A stretch of DNA of 45,851 bases from Chlorokybus atmophyticus (Eukaryota > Plantae > Mesostigma and Chlorokybus algae): the NCBI GenBank assembly GCA_009103225.1, contig RHPI01002990.1, positions 1 to 45,851 of the forward strand. The letters are read 5' to 3'. The notes below the pieces were generated by a model. It made no database searches and was not told the origin of the DNA. It worked only from the letters and a program-made list of their open reading frames with translations. Each line of letters starts with the position of its first letter. The stretch's first letter is position 1. Positions 27,760 through 41,075 of the stretch are shown here, piece after piece. Position numbers and translations under genes: made by a program.

Positions 27760-30700
27760 CTAAAACAGGACATCCTCGTCCTGATATATTTTATCTATAT
27801 TGTGTCCCCAGTCATGGTTGTACTTTTGCAACAACCGCTCCGCAAGTGTTTCACCTGCCAGGTACAGACAGTCAGCAAATGCGTTCTGGCAAAACACCAC
27901 AATGCGCCCACGCATAAAATACGCCCAGCAATGTGCAGCATGTAAGCCTGTTCAATGCACTATGTTTGCACCGGATACCGGCAACTGCTTTTTGGCTGCT
28001 GAACTCACCAGTATTTGCAATGGTTTCGATTTCGCCCAGATACTTCTCTTCGCCAAACCCGCGACTAACCAAACCCTCTTTTGACAGCTGTACCACCTTT
28101 TTGGCCAGGTCCTGGACAGTTCCATTGCGGAAAGGCGTCTTCAATCCTTGCACTGGCACCTGGAGACCCACATGCAACCAGACATGATGCACGCGTGGTA
28201 CACCTTCAACACAGCATCCAATAGCCACTAAGGCAGTGCAGGCCATGTTACATACTCATTGCTATAGCACCAGTCACCAGGCACACATCATGAAACATAA
28301 TGTTAACGACCTGCCCACAATGTTATCTAAGACCTCTGTGTTGCCACAAATCCATGTGACCGATCTTTATTGCCGATGACATGTGGACTGAACCAGTCTA
28401 CCATAATTAGTATACCATACTTGGATCACAATTACTGGTACTTGACAGTGTGTAATCTGCAAGGCTAAAAACTCGTTCATAATGGCCTTACCGTTGCGCG
28501 CAAATATGCCCTCTCCTCGCGTGTCCAATCAGCCACCATGTCCGCAGCCTGTTGCAGAACGACATCATCGTAGCAGAGTCCAACCCACAGAGCGGGTAAG
28601 CTTATAATTCTGTGCAAAGGGCCGCCGTCTGCGCCGCGCATCTCAAGAAACTTTTTCAACCGCACCTGCAAAGCAAATGCACTTCAGTCAGAAGTGCCGA
28701 CAAAGGACACGCCCTGTTCTGCCAGAAAATTTAGTGTTGCAAACATGCACATCGTGCGTTGATCACCTCAGGAAAAATTGTCGTCAAGTGGGCTTCCCAA
28801 TCATACGTAGTAGCGTACTCGCCTGGCATAAGCGACAACTTGCCATCCAGAAAGTCCCTGTAGGAAATAATGATACCTATGTGATCGGTTCTCCTCGCAT
28901 GTTCTACATAATGCACATGCAAGCCAACAACAATGTGCGTAAAACACAAGCCTAGGCACTGAACTTATCTTCTATCCTCGCGCTTTGCCTTATACACTGA
29001 GATGCTGCATTGCTGCTGACTGCGTAGTTACCCACCTGAAGGAGTGACCCGTGGCATCTATGTAAGTCCCATGTCTGTAGACAAAGTACATGGGCACGTC
29101 CAATGCGTATTCCACATAGCGCTCAAACCCGAACCCATCTTCAAATACAAACGGTAGGTCGCCACACCTGCAAGGCACATCACACGCGTGAAACGCAGTC
29201 AAAGCCATAGTCTGCGAACAATGTTGGATGCACAGTGCACAGCACCTCACCTGTTGTTGTCAACATCCGTCCATACGTGTGAGCGGTACGACAGCAATCC
29301 AGTGGGCTTCCCTTCCTTGAACGGAGATGCAGCAAACAACGCCGTGGCAATGGGCTGCAACGCCAGGCCGACACGCATCTTCTTGACCATGTCCGCCTCC
29401 GACTCAAAGTCCAGGTTGACCTGCAAGTTATAACTTCAACTTGCACGTCATCACAAACACAACGGGTTGATTACCAAAGCCGTGCACTGCCTTCGGCAAG
29501 CTGTTGCAAGGCAAAGCCCTTGCAGCACACCTGAATTGTACACGTCCGGAACATCATGTCCAATCCCATACTGCCAACCTTGGGCATGTACTCCTTCATG
29601 ATCTTGTAACGGCCCTACAACCACAACCACATTGTCGCCTTTGAGGTGATATACGATATGCTCGCAAGAAACTACACAATGCGGACAGGTGCTCCACCAA
29701 CACAACACAACATGCACACTGAGTGGACATACCTTTGGCATAATTGGCACCTGTTCCCTGGTTGACTTTGGGTCGAATCCTACGCCTAGAAACGAGACAC
29801 CTATCTGATCTGCAGCTTGCGTGACCTGTGTGGGAGAAGTTTCTTGCATGACTGTCGAATGAGGACAACCAGTCCTATGACCAAAGACCAGGTGGATGGC
29901 ATGACAGACGGCTTACCAGTTCGACGTGTTGTCGAACTTCATAGGATGTTTCATGTAGCGTCTTCAAAGGCGCGCCTGATAATTCAAACTGACCGCCGGG
30001 CTCTAGAGACACGTTCTGATCAAGCACTTATGGAGTTAGGAGACCAACATGCTGGCCATACAAAGTGTGCTCCATATAAAGTTCACTTTGGGCATCATTC
30101 CTTGTGATGATTGCCTTATCCCCACAAGAGAGCTAGCATTCAGGCATGTGCAGTTCATTGCAGCACACAGGAGCCTGTGGGCAACATGCAAGAAGGGGCC
30201 TGGTGATGTATATGCGTGTTGCATGTCTGGACGAGTGGGTGGGTGGTGTAAAAATTATGACTCGCTTACCGCTTTCCCAGGGGCGTCTGGCGACTGCCAC
30301 TCCAACCCTATCACGTACTTGCCGTTCTCCATGATCCGCGAATGGCCTTCGCTCTCTGCAATGGAGTTCAAGATGAAGCTAACGTCCTCGTAAGTCATGC
30401 GACTGCCGTCTTGTCGTCGAAACCCAAACTTCTCATGCTCAGTCCCAATCCTGCAGGCCACGATTCCCAGACCTCAGCAAAGCCCACAGCTGATAAACTA
30501 CACTTGCGTTAGATTCAGAGTATTCTTTGAGTTGTTAGTATCTGTTTAGTTACGAGTTTCAGCAATATGCTGGCAGAGCTCAATGTTAACTCTCTATAGA
30601 TGTGCTCAAATGCGCACTGGCACTACCACTGAAACTATGTTGAAGATCAACTTCTGCGTGCAACGTTCATGCTCTCGTGATGCAACCCGCAGACTGTACC

Positions 30701-31157
30701 AGCTGCTGAGTCATGCATCGTCTTGCAACATGCATTCCAAGTACCGGAAAGTGCTCTTGGCTTTGCAGCCGGCGGCAAGGTATTGTACAAGGTCATCCTT
30801 GGTGAGCTGGCGCGGCATGACATCCGTGACCGCAGCCATCTGCGGCGGCCCACTCATGCACAAGGCGCCCCGCCTGCGTGACGACCTCGGGGACGCGCGT
30901 CTAGACGCCGCCGCCGGCACCACACGCGCCCCCTGAAAGGCGGATGATAAAACTCTAACCCTACTACTCCGTGCCACGGGGGTGCTGGACGTCGCCGCCG
31001 CCGCCGTGCAAGAGCACGAAATCCTAGCCACGCTCGTGGAGGCTAAGGCTGCAGCTGGCGACACAGACGCCAAGGCCGAGGAGGCGCCCGCCGACCCCCT
31101 GAAGGATGACGACGCAGGCGGCGGCAAGACGGCGCCGCAGCCGGCCGCTGCAGCCAT
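27760..31157 (-). CDS. GSH1: Glutamate-cysteine ligase (gamma-glutamylcysteine synthetase), plastid-targeted, plant type
   Basis: Eleven exons splice in frame. Ala/Ser/Arg-rich transit peptide (MAAAAG...SSAFQGARV), then [138 protein letters not shown], and GETLAERLL...VLF-stop at 27760. Confidence 0.97.
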
Positions 31158-32394
31158 GTGCGTGCACAGTGATGAGCTCTGCGTCCTGCCTCCTCTACAG
31201 GCGCAACAACGCCACAAACGCTGTGCACACCATCCCTGGCCTGGCCACCATCCACCTCGCCCGCCAACCCCCGCCCCCGCAATGACACAGACACCCACAG
31301 CACGGCGAGCGGCGTTGGTGGCGGCGGCAATGTGGCTGTCGCCGTGGTCCTCCCCAGTGTACGGCGCACGGTACGGCGCTGACCGCACAGAGCGTAACTC
31401 CTGGTGAATGTGCGACTACGACGCTGAGTCACGCAGTGAGTGATCGGGATCTCTCGATCGATCGATGACGTTTTAGGAGTCTCTGTAACAACTGGAAGGG
31501 GATCGCAATTGCTGACGACGGGCAGACCACAGCTGAAATCGCACGTGCAAGGCATTATAGTTGTGAGTCATCCCTGCATGTTTCGCCAAGTCAGCCTTAC
31601 AGTCAGTTTCACTTGTACGTGCATAGTCTGCCCTCGATATAGTGACACGTGGTCAGTGACCACGTATGTGTGATGGACATTTGTAGCTGCGTGTAGAGAC
31701 TAGTAATACAGCCACATTACGACATAACGTGCGTGTAAATGATGCATTCCAATCTGATGGCTTGCATGTTAGTATTTGTGGCTCTATTCCTTGAAGATGA
31801 CATGAATTTTGGCACCATTACGGAGCCAATGCGAAGTTCTTAACAAAATGCTCGGTACGGCATCGCAAACACATCACACAAGCCACATCCATTGAGATAC
31901 ACACACGCACCAGCACACGACAAAGCGTAATTGTTATAAGCAAGCGTACCACCTGAAAAACCAATATTTAAATGTAGTGATACTCATCATCACAACGTAT
32001 ATAATAGAACTTTTCAGTGACTCACATGTGATGTTATAAAAGCGAGGTAGCGATTTCCACACTCTTTTGCATTGACAAACGATTATGGTAATAACATTAC
32101 GGTTATTCATGTTGCTTGCAATGTAGGTGCAAAGCTTTGCACCAGCAATTGCGATATTGAAAATGCAACTCCCCCTTCAAGTGAATGCTTGTGGCATGCC
32201 TTTTTGTAGTAATAACGCTCTCTACCAGTGACATGATTGTTATAGCGAAGTTAATAGTACAAACAAAATAGGCTTTGTAATACTTGGTTTGCTACAAGAT
32301 CGTCACTACGGCAAGTTGTTATGCAACGAAGCCTTAATGACGGATGGTTGCTTGCAGGGTGGATTGCATAACATGAGCAGCTATCTTTGAAATC

Positions 32395-32736
32395 NNNNNN
32401 NNNNNNNNNNNNNNNNNNNNNNNNNNNNNNNNNNNNNNNNNNNNNNNNNNNNNNNNNNNNNNNNNNNNNNNNNNNNNNNNNNNNNNNNNNNNNNNNNNNN
32501 NNNNNNNNNNNNNNNNNNNNNNNNNNNNNNNNNNNNNNNNNNNNNNNNNNNNNNNNNNNNNNNNNNNNNNNNNNNNNNNNNNNNNNNNNNNNNNNNNNNN
32601 NNNNNNNNNNNNNNNNNNNNNNNNNNNNNNNNNNNNNNNNNNNNNNNNNNNNNNNNNNNNNNNNNNNNNNNNNNNNNNNNNNNNNNNNNNNNNNNNNNNN
32701 NNNNNNNNNNNNNNNNNNNNNNNNNNNNNNNNNNNN
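32395..32736. other. Assembly gap (N run)
   Basis: Run of n characters. Confidence 1.
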
Positions 32737-33346
32737 CCTCGCCCCCTTCCCCTTTCTCCTTTACTGAATTCTTATCTCGCAAATTAAGGCATGCGCAAAA
32801 TTATGAAACAAGACTTCACTCAATTCTACATAACCGTGTGTAAATTACACAAGTTAACGTGCGGAGTGCGAATCATCCCTTCACGCAATCGGAACAAGCG
32901 TATGAGTTGGTAAGGAGCTTCTTTAATACTGCAATGACTACACAGCAAACTCGAACGCTGCAGATTTATGGTTTGTGTCACACGTCGCATACACGCACAA
33001 CCTTTTGCAAATGGGAGCTGCGCGATGACCACGCACATTGCGTTGGTTGCGCTGTACACGGAATGGTGCGTCAACCGTGGAAGTGATTATTACGCATGCA
33101 CATTCACTGCGGCAAACATAGATGGAACAAGATGAAATCATCCTTCTCCCTAAGTGAGGTTACACATACTGACAGATGGTCGATCACCAGAGGACTAGAC
33201 AATAAACCTGAATAAATGACGGAGGACTACACAATCTATTTGATGGAAAAAAGGAGGAATAGACACTAGGCTGGTTAGAAGAAGAATCAGCGTATTCCAA
33301 GTCGACACGAAACACTCAACGAGACACCGAGGAAGGGAAGTGAAGT

Positions 33347-34427
33347 TTAAACAGGAGGGACAACAATGCCTGGGAGGCACGGGATGCGCTTGTCTCCCCA
33401 CATGCCAATGCCAGCATTGAGCACCACGCCAAGCCCTTGCAGCAGTGCTTGCGTCCAGCGCTCAGAATAGTCGGCCGAGCTGAAGTACAGCTTAACTTTG
33501 CCCACCTCAACAAAGTCCCTCAGATCCTTCTGCAGGATACGACTGCTATTGTCACAAACTATGCACTCGCTCATGCATGCCAGTACGATACACACACTTA
33601 AACCCAGGTTGCATGTGCATGAAACAGAATTACCTGACGATCGTAACTTTGCTGAGCGGCGTAGTACGCATTGGTGGCGATAGCAAATGAATAGGCCGCC
33701 GCATGTGCGCGCTCCGCCATGCCCGTGAACATGACCACGGTCGCCCCCGCAAGGTCTTCCACAATGCTGAACGCCTCTTTGACCTTCAGCACCTGCGCTA
33801 TGCCCATCGCGATGGTTCGCGCTCTGTGGTCTATGATTTTCCAGATCTGTCCGTCGTGTTGCATGCGGAAGAGCACGGTTTGCGCCCTCTCCGGTGCATT
33901 CCCCTTTTCAACACCCAACGCACCGTCCAGGATGTCGCTCACATGGGAGATGTACTGCACAACGCCACTTGTTTTCTCTGCATCCACGGGTGAGGCTGCG
34001 CACACACGCTCAACCACGTCTGTGTTGAAGTCGCGGGTGATCTCCCACGGGATCAACACGGCGTTGCAGAAACTGTTTGGTGTACATGGAGGTTCCCAGC
34101 AACGATCGGTGAGCTGCGGTGGTTGTGGTCGTTGCTGCTGCTGTTGTTGCTGATTTTGTTGTCCTTGGCGTCGTGGTCGTTGTCCAGGTTGCTGTGCTTC
34201 TTCCTCCTGCGCCTGCACAGCATGTGGATAACCGCACATCCAAGATAGAACACACGCACATCATGCTGCGTGCAATGACCCGTGCAAGATGACTGCTGGG
34301 CGACAACATTGTTTGCATACTGATGCGCGCATACCTCAGATTCGTCGTAGTCCACTCTCCTTTTCCCGCGAGCTGATCTGCGCAGTGGCACAATGGCTTT
34401 GTCATTGTCACTGGCAGTGGAAGCCAT
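33347..34427 (-). CDS. Uncharacterised ~284-aa protein (three coding exons); weak resemblance to the domain C-terminal to DUF2786
   Basis: Exons 34427-34335, 34212-33634 and 33529-33347 join at phase 0 with canonical GT-AG sites. N-terminus has LRRSARGKRRVDYDESE and a Gln-rich linker, followed by a ~200-aa globular-looking region ending IVVPPV-stop. Confidence 0.75.
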
Positions 34428-34879
34428 GCTTGCTGTGCCTTTGCCTACCCGCTCTTGCCCTCGCCCCGGCCTGCACACACGATTTGACACTAGTCAACAA
34501 TCGCTTGCTTCTTGCAACAGTGCACACTCAAGGACACGAGCATCCCCAGGCAGTTGCTTGCTGGGATTTGCGAACCTCTTGTGACCAATGTATCCACAAG
34601 GCTGATCAGAAAGCCGCAGTCGCAATCCTCATCCTCTTGCAGGAAAGAGACTGAGTCGTACACATCCATCCATCTTTTCAAGCACGCATGCACGCAATGC
34701 CGCAAAGCTCAGATCTCGGGAATGGCATGCACGCAGCTGCTTTGTCCGCAGATTGTGGAAGCACAAACAACTTATGGCGGCAGCAGCCTTGCGCGATGAC
34801 GCGTGCGTGTGGAGAGCCATGCATGCAAAAGACAAGATTCACTCATTCATTCATTCCTTTTCCGATCTCACCTACCCAC

Positions 34880-35275
34880 CGCCCATCCCCTCCTCCTCTA
34901 CCCCGCAGTCAGCATTCGCGTCCACTTGTGCCGGGCTCGGATGGCTGGCGGGCGGGCGGACTACCCGCCGCCGTCGTCGTCGTCGGTCAGCCTTGCCTGC
35001 CTGCTTACTTGTCTCGCCAGGCCAGCAGCTCCTCCTCCTCCTCCTCCTCCTCCTCGCCGCCGCCGCCGCCTCGCCCTCTGTCTCGCTCGCGCGCGCTGCT
35101 CTGCTTTTCCCGCCAATCTCTCTCGCTCTCGCCCGGCGATGCAAGATTCGAACGAGTAGCTTAGTAGCCAGCTTGCGAGCAAGTGAGAGGGAGATTGTGT
35201 TCGTTGGGCAGAAGGGAGCTTCTCGATTGATGACGCCGCTGCGCCGTCCGTCCGTCACCGCCACGAGGAGGTGAG
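34880..35275. promoter_or_regulatory. Probable bidirectional promoter / 5' UTR region (GC-rich, CCT/CCG repeats)
   Basis: GC-rich island between two divergent genes, with a splice-donor-like site on each strand pointing outward (+: gag|gtgaga ~35270; -: caa|gtaagc ~35010). Inference only. Confidence 0.45.
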
Positions 35276-37049
35276 AGCATGGGTGTGAGGATGAGCTCGA
35301 CGTTTTGCAGAGCTTCTGCACGAGGTTGTTTGTATGTTCCTTGCTTTATTGGGCAAGTCAGTCAAACCCCCTCCATGCTCCACATACCTGTGACTGACCC
35401 CACCACCGGTAACAATGACAGCGCATGTGATGATGCTGCTTCCCATGCAGGAAGTGTGCTTGGAATTGGCTACGCTGTGCGCAGGACAAGGCATGTGAGT
35501 GACGAGTCGCGTGTGATTGACGAGTCGGTTGGTTGTGTGTTACATGAGACTTTCCTCCGCGTTACATCATGGTCGCAACCTGCAAGTCTGCAGCTGGCCT
35601 AGTATAGTGTGTACAACAACTACTTGCTGCTGCTGCTGCTGCTGCTGCTGCGGTAACAACAACAACAACAGCGTTTGCATGACGCCCCTCTGTCTTCTCG
35701 CATGTGTGTACCCATTGCGCGATGTGCAGCCCAGTCATGTTTGATATGCAGCAGCTGTAGCTTGTACCGCATTCCATGTGCATGTGTCCTGGTTTTGCAG
35801 AATGTCGTTGTGTGTGCATGCAGGAGGGGAGTGACGGGCCAATCAGTGTTTAAAATAGGCAACTTGATAAGCAAATTATGTATCGTGGCTGGAAGGGTAT
35901 GTTAGCAACTCGGTGATGGTCGTTCATGAAAGCGTCTCTGAGACACTGCTTGCTGTTGAGGTGAACCGCTATGAATGAGATACATGTTCAAGGTTATGAT
36001 CATCCTCACTGCGTGCTGCAGTATGCGATACTGCCATGCTGTTGCACTTACAAACCTAAATGTATTGTTGTGCGGCGTCGATGGCGTGTTGCTGAACTGG
36101 CTGGGTGTATTGTGTGCATGCGCTGGCGTAAGACAGGCGACCTGAAGCAACAACAGGTGGACATGAAGGCGGCAGCTGACACACCCTTTGGTTTGTGTGG
36201 CTCGAGTGGGTCTCTCGGGTGGTTGTTCAACACATGTACTGGTGATTGCGTCATTAATGACACCCAATATTCCACCCAGCTGTTGACTACGCTTGTGCGC
36301 AGTGCAGAGTACAAGCACTTGGTCGTTCTTGTGGATTCATCCTCTGCTCAAAGCAGTCACTGTCTATAACTCAATACGATGCCCATCTGCCCATGCACAC
36401 TGTGATTCCTGTCGCTGTCGCTGTCGCTGTCACTTCAATGGTTATGTGCGTACATATTACGCACCGTCTGTTCCAAAGCGCTGAAGCCGCAACAGTGCGT
36501 CCTCTTGAGTGAGTGTGCGTGTATCTGACCTATCCAAGATTGCAGCCCAGCTGGCAGTGTTTGCGCCTGTATGTGTGCGCGATAGCAGCGGTGCAGCATC
36601 CTGCACCAACTCATGAGAACAACAAGGACTCGTTGACAATGAATCACTGAGGGCTTGGTTGCAGTGGTGAACCCAGCACACAGCTCAGTGGTTTCTTTGC
36701 TTTCGGGTGTTGTGTCCACAGATCTGTGTGCACGTAGCTGAGGTGTGAGCTGGTCCCCTGCTCCCTGCACACAGCGTATGTAACAACAAAGGTGCGCCTG
36801 TCCTCTCTGCTTGCACCTTCAGCGCACAAACAGCCTCCATTGATTCATGGAGGCTGTTTGCTTGCATGCTTGCACCAGTTGCCTGAAGCCAGCCGAGCAA
36901 CGGCGGCAGCAGCATGAGTATGCGTTGTTATTGATAACATCATACATTGGCTGCAGTGTCCCAGATCAGCTTCTTTGTTTGTCTCCGCCATGGTAACTTG
37001 TGCAGCAGTTGTTGTTCTGACTGTCACTTCTCGTCTTTGTTGTTAGTTG

Positions 37050-40000
37050 ATGAGTCCTGCTGGAGGCAGGCCTCGTTGGAGAAAAGAGACGACGACGACC
37101 ACACAAGGTAGGCTTTATGTGTTGAGCACGCACTAGCACATGACTTTGTTCGCAGCGCTTCTGTTAGTTGCTGAGAAAGCTATGCTGGAACAGTGTGGGC
37201 GCCCTTGAGCGCAAGCAAGAGTTGGTGGTGGACCAGCACACTGCCACGTTCACATGGCCAAAAGGACATACGCTCCGCAATGGCAGCCTAGCAGTTCACT
37301 TACGCAAAACTCAGCATGTGGGTTATTGCTCAGCGCACCGCACGCACCATTGCCACTTCTGCGGGTGCATGTGCAGGCACGTGACGCCGAGTGTTGGTTG
37401 CAGTTCCATTGTTCGCTGCTACAAAGTGGCAAGCGCAAGCAGCGGATGTTCAAAAAGTGTCCTCCACGTCTACTGATGCTGGCGCCAAGACCAAAGCAAA
37501 GGGAAAGCTTGTACAGGCAGATTTACGACGTGTGGTGCTGCAGTGGAAGCTGCAGGCGATTGTGAATGAGCGCTTGTTCACCAAAGAGGTACACGCACAC
37601 GCAGTTGTATGTAACCTCTCCCACTCAAACATGTTCTTACCTCGTGTTCCAACCAGGTGCAAACCATACCATCGCAGTTCACAACATTCCAGGAGTACGG
37701 CCAATCCTTTCTCCCAGCTCTACGCGAGGAAATCAGGGCTCAACTCGCATCCGGGTTGCAAACCATCGGCAAGGCACCCTATCGACGCATTGTGATCGGG
37801 AAAGTGGATGAATCCACGCAGCCGCTGCACTTTGGGTTCGCACTCGACAACACGGAGAAGAGTTCTGTAACTGAGGTGGGTGAGACGGACCCCACTTGAG
37901 TGTATTTGCTGTCTCAAGCACAAGTACCGCTGTTGATCAATGCATGTTGACAACAGGCTGAGCTCTTCAAGGGGAGTGATGTGGTCTTGCTTTCACCCGT
38001 CCGCGTGGACACGCTGCAAGACTTGTTGTCGCAGCGCGTGGACTTCTGTCTGGCTTTGGCGCGTCGTTACACTGTAGACAATGGCGACGTGTCTCTGAGT
38101 GCCACTGCATTTTTATCGGATTCTTCCAGCGTGTACCATCTGCTCACGGCCAACAAGAACACGCGCGTGTACCTCACATACATCGCGTCGCTGACCACAG
38201 CGCTACGCGCGCACGATGCACTCACAGCAGATGTCAAGTTGGACAGCGTGTTGGAGAGAGATATATTGTGCTCAGAAGGGTTGAAGAAGACAAATGCTTT
38301 ACAGCAGCCATCAGCAAAGGCAGTCATGAAGACCAACATACAGGCCTTGTGCACCCGTATCAGCCACCCCAACATGTCAGCAACTTTATCTCCATCAACC
38401 AGTCTCGAGACCAACGTATCTGTGTTGTGCGCACGCTCACGCCTCAACTTGTCTCAGTCGGACGTGGTGAGGCGTTGTGCGTTGGACCGAGCGAGCGACA
38501 AGCGTGGCGTGCGACTCGTGCAGGGCCCTCCCGGCACGGGTAAAACATCCACACTAGTGGCGATGATCAGTGCCTTGGCTGGAATGAGTGACACTCGTGC
38601 GTTGGTGTGTGCGCCGACCAATGTGGCCGTGCAGGTCGTGGCGATGCGGTTCATTGAACAATTGAGTGGTGATGGTGAGAGTGACACAACAACTCATGGG
38701 TTGAGGCTTGCAGATGTCGGGTTGGTTGGCAGCGAGGAGCGTATAGATGCGAAGGGTCCGTTGGGTAGCGTGTATCTACCGGCTCGGGCCAAGCGGCTGA
38801 AGGAGGCGTTGGTTGTGGGGTGGACCAAGGCTGTTCGCGACCTGCTGTTGTTGTTGGAAGCACCGGCGAAGGCGTACGCAGATCATGTGAAGCAGAGCAA
38901 AAGCAGCAGTGATGCAAAGCTAGTGCAAGGTGCATTGAAGCAGCAAGCGTTCTTTGTCAGAGAGATTCGCAGCCGTGCCGACACGGCGTTCTTTGTCGGG
39001 ACGACCTTTGCCAACGAGCTTCCACACAGGGCCAGCATCATTAACACCGACGTCCAAAGCGAGTTGAAAAAGCAAGGAGCCACTTCTTCATCATCCAAAG
39101 CCACAAACAATGATGTGGTCCTGCTCCCTGAGGCAATGCGCGTGAGCATCGAGGGCGTGTTGCCGTTCATCAGCACTCTCATCGCCTTGCCAAAGACGCA
39201 GCTGACGAAGCACTTTGTTCATGACTGGTGCATGCAAGCGCATCAATGCAAGGGCAGCAACGCTACACTCTGGCGCAGAATGCAGGACGCTAAAGTCTCA
39301 TTACAGGCAGCAACAGCTGCATCATCATCATCATCATCATCATCTCAGTTGACAGCTGTATCAAAACAACTACTTCGGCTGGACAAGCGCAGCCTCGAGC
39401 AGCTTATCGCATCCTGGGTGACTGTACTCTTCTCCACGGTCGGGTCTGCGGGTGGCGCGGTGCTGGCGAAGCACGGGGGATTGTTTGATACGGTGTTGGT
39501 GGATGAGGCGGCCCAGCTGGTGGAAGCGGAGACGGCCATCGTGATGGTGAGACCAGGTGTGAGAAGACTGTGGCTGGTGGGAGACACGAAACAACTGCCG
39601 GCAACGGTCATATCAAGACTGGCGGAGGTGAGCATGTCAAGTGAATATGACATGTCCCCATGACCTCACAGTGGCCATCGCACAGTCTAACATGTGGGTG
39701 TTGTGCTGTGTTGTGTTGTGTTGTGTTGTGTTGTGTTGTACAGTCTGTCATCAACCAAGTGGATGTTAAGGTGCTCGGTGGATGTGTGTGATATGCAGTA
39801 CTGACTGAGTTACATACAACCCACCACTCATCACCATGCAGGATCGAGGGTATGGTCGCAGCCTGTTCCAACGCTTGCAATCGAACGGTCTTGAACCTCA
39901 GCTTCTTGACACCCAATACCGCATGCATCCCGCCATCAGCGCGTGGCCGCGCGCGCAGTTCTACGACGGGCGTGTCGTGGACGGGCCAAACGTCAAGCAG

Positions 40001-41075
40001 AACAACAATGTCAACGATCCGCTGTTGGGACCGCATGGACCGTATGCGGTCTTTGATGTGGGGAATAGCTGCGAGGAGCGCAATGAGAATGGGAGCAGCT
40101 TCAATGTGGTGGAAGTGAAGGTTGTCATACGGCTGCTGGCGAGGCTGATGACTGCAGTCAAACAACAGAAGCCGCGCACAGCCTCTCAGGCAAGAACTTG
40201 TATGACTCGACTTCCGGAAGCTGTCGTGTTGCAGAGTGTGCAATGCTCATACGCGTGTTGTATTGTTTCTTTGTTTTTCAGGGTCCGTTGGAGATTGGTT
40301 TGATCTCTCCCTACCAAGCGCAAGTGAGCAAGTTGCAAGCAGAAGTGGATGCACTGAGGCCGTCATGGCCCTACAGCGCAGAAGGCAAACCACTGGTAAC
40401 AGGCATAAACACATGATGGCAGTATCATGATACTCGTTGCATCATGTTCTACACGTGGGTTCGTACAACAAGGCTTTCAGGTGTCGATGCAGTACAGCGC
40501 GCAAGAGCAATACATCCAATTAGATTTACGGGGGGCTTACATGAGCAGATGAACATGCAACCACCATTAGTACTCTTTCACACAAGCATCCGATGCGAGT
40601 TATGCCTCTGGTTACACCAACACAGCCACTTGTGTGTGATTAGTTTGAGGTGAGCGTGCGCACCGTGGACGGATTCCAAGGCAGCGAGCGCGACATCATC
40701 CTCTTCTCCGCGGTGCGTTCCAACCGTCATCGCCAGCTGGGGTTCGTGAAGGACCCCCGACGCCTCAACGTGGCCATCACGCGAGGGAAGAGGGCCACGT
40801 GGATCGTCGGGAACGCCGACACTCTGCGTGGGGACAAAACGTGGAAGAGTCTGCTGGACAACGCAAGCAAGAGAGGTGGGTGTGTATGGGTGGGTGGGTG
40901 GGTGGGATGCAACGGTGTTGTAATGGTGCGTGCGTGCTGGTGTGTTGCAGGCGTGCTGGTGTCGGTGAGTGAAGATGCGGCGTTGAAGGAAGCGAGGCAG
41001 CGTGCGCGCAAGCAGCATTACATTCGCGCGGCACAATTGCAACGAATGCAAGCACACAAGAGAAACAGCTCTTGA
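37050..41075 (+). CDS. SF1B (UPF1/SEN1/MAA3-like) DNA2/NAM7-family helicase with a plant-type N-terminal domain (DUF6469-like)
   Basis: Spliced model: 37050-37107, 37404-37588, 37657-37877, ~37959-39627, 39842-40189, 40282-~40395, 40650-~40875, ~40950-41075. Motifs: GPPGTGKT (Walker A), CAPTNVAV (Ia), DEAAQ (II), VGDTKQLP (III), SLFQRL, QYRMHPAI (IV), ISPYQAQV, TVDGFQGSE (V), RRLNVAITR (VI). N-terminal RRVVLQWKLQAIVNERLFTKEVQTIPSQFTTFQEYGQSFLPALREEIRAQL. Confidence 0.93.

Noticed and set aside
30711-31388. 225-aa ORF starting at 31388 as the GSH1 N-terminus
   Set aside because: The Met at 31157 starts a typical transit peptide. The upstream in-frame stretch looks like 5' UTR or promoter, though an upstream start is not excluded.
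34803-35321. Overlapping Pro/Ser/Arg-rich ORFs on both strands
   Set aside because: They derive from (CCT)n/(CCG)n repeats in a probable bidirectional promoter, with no in-frame splice link to either neighbouring gene found.
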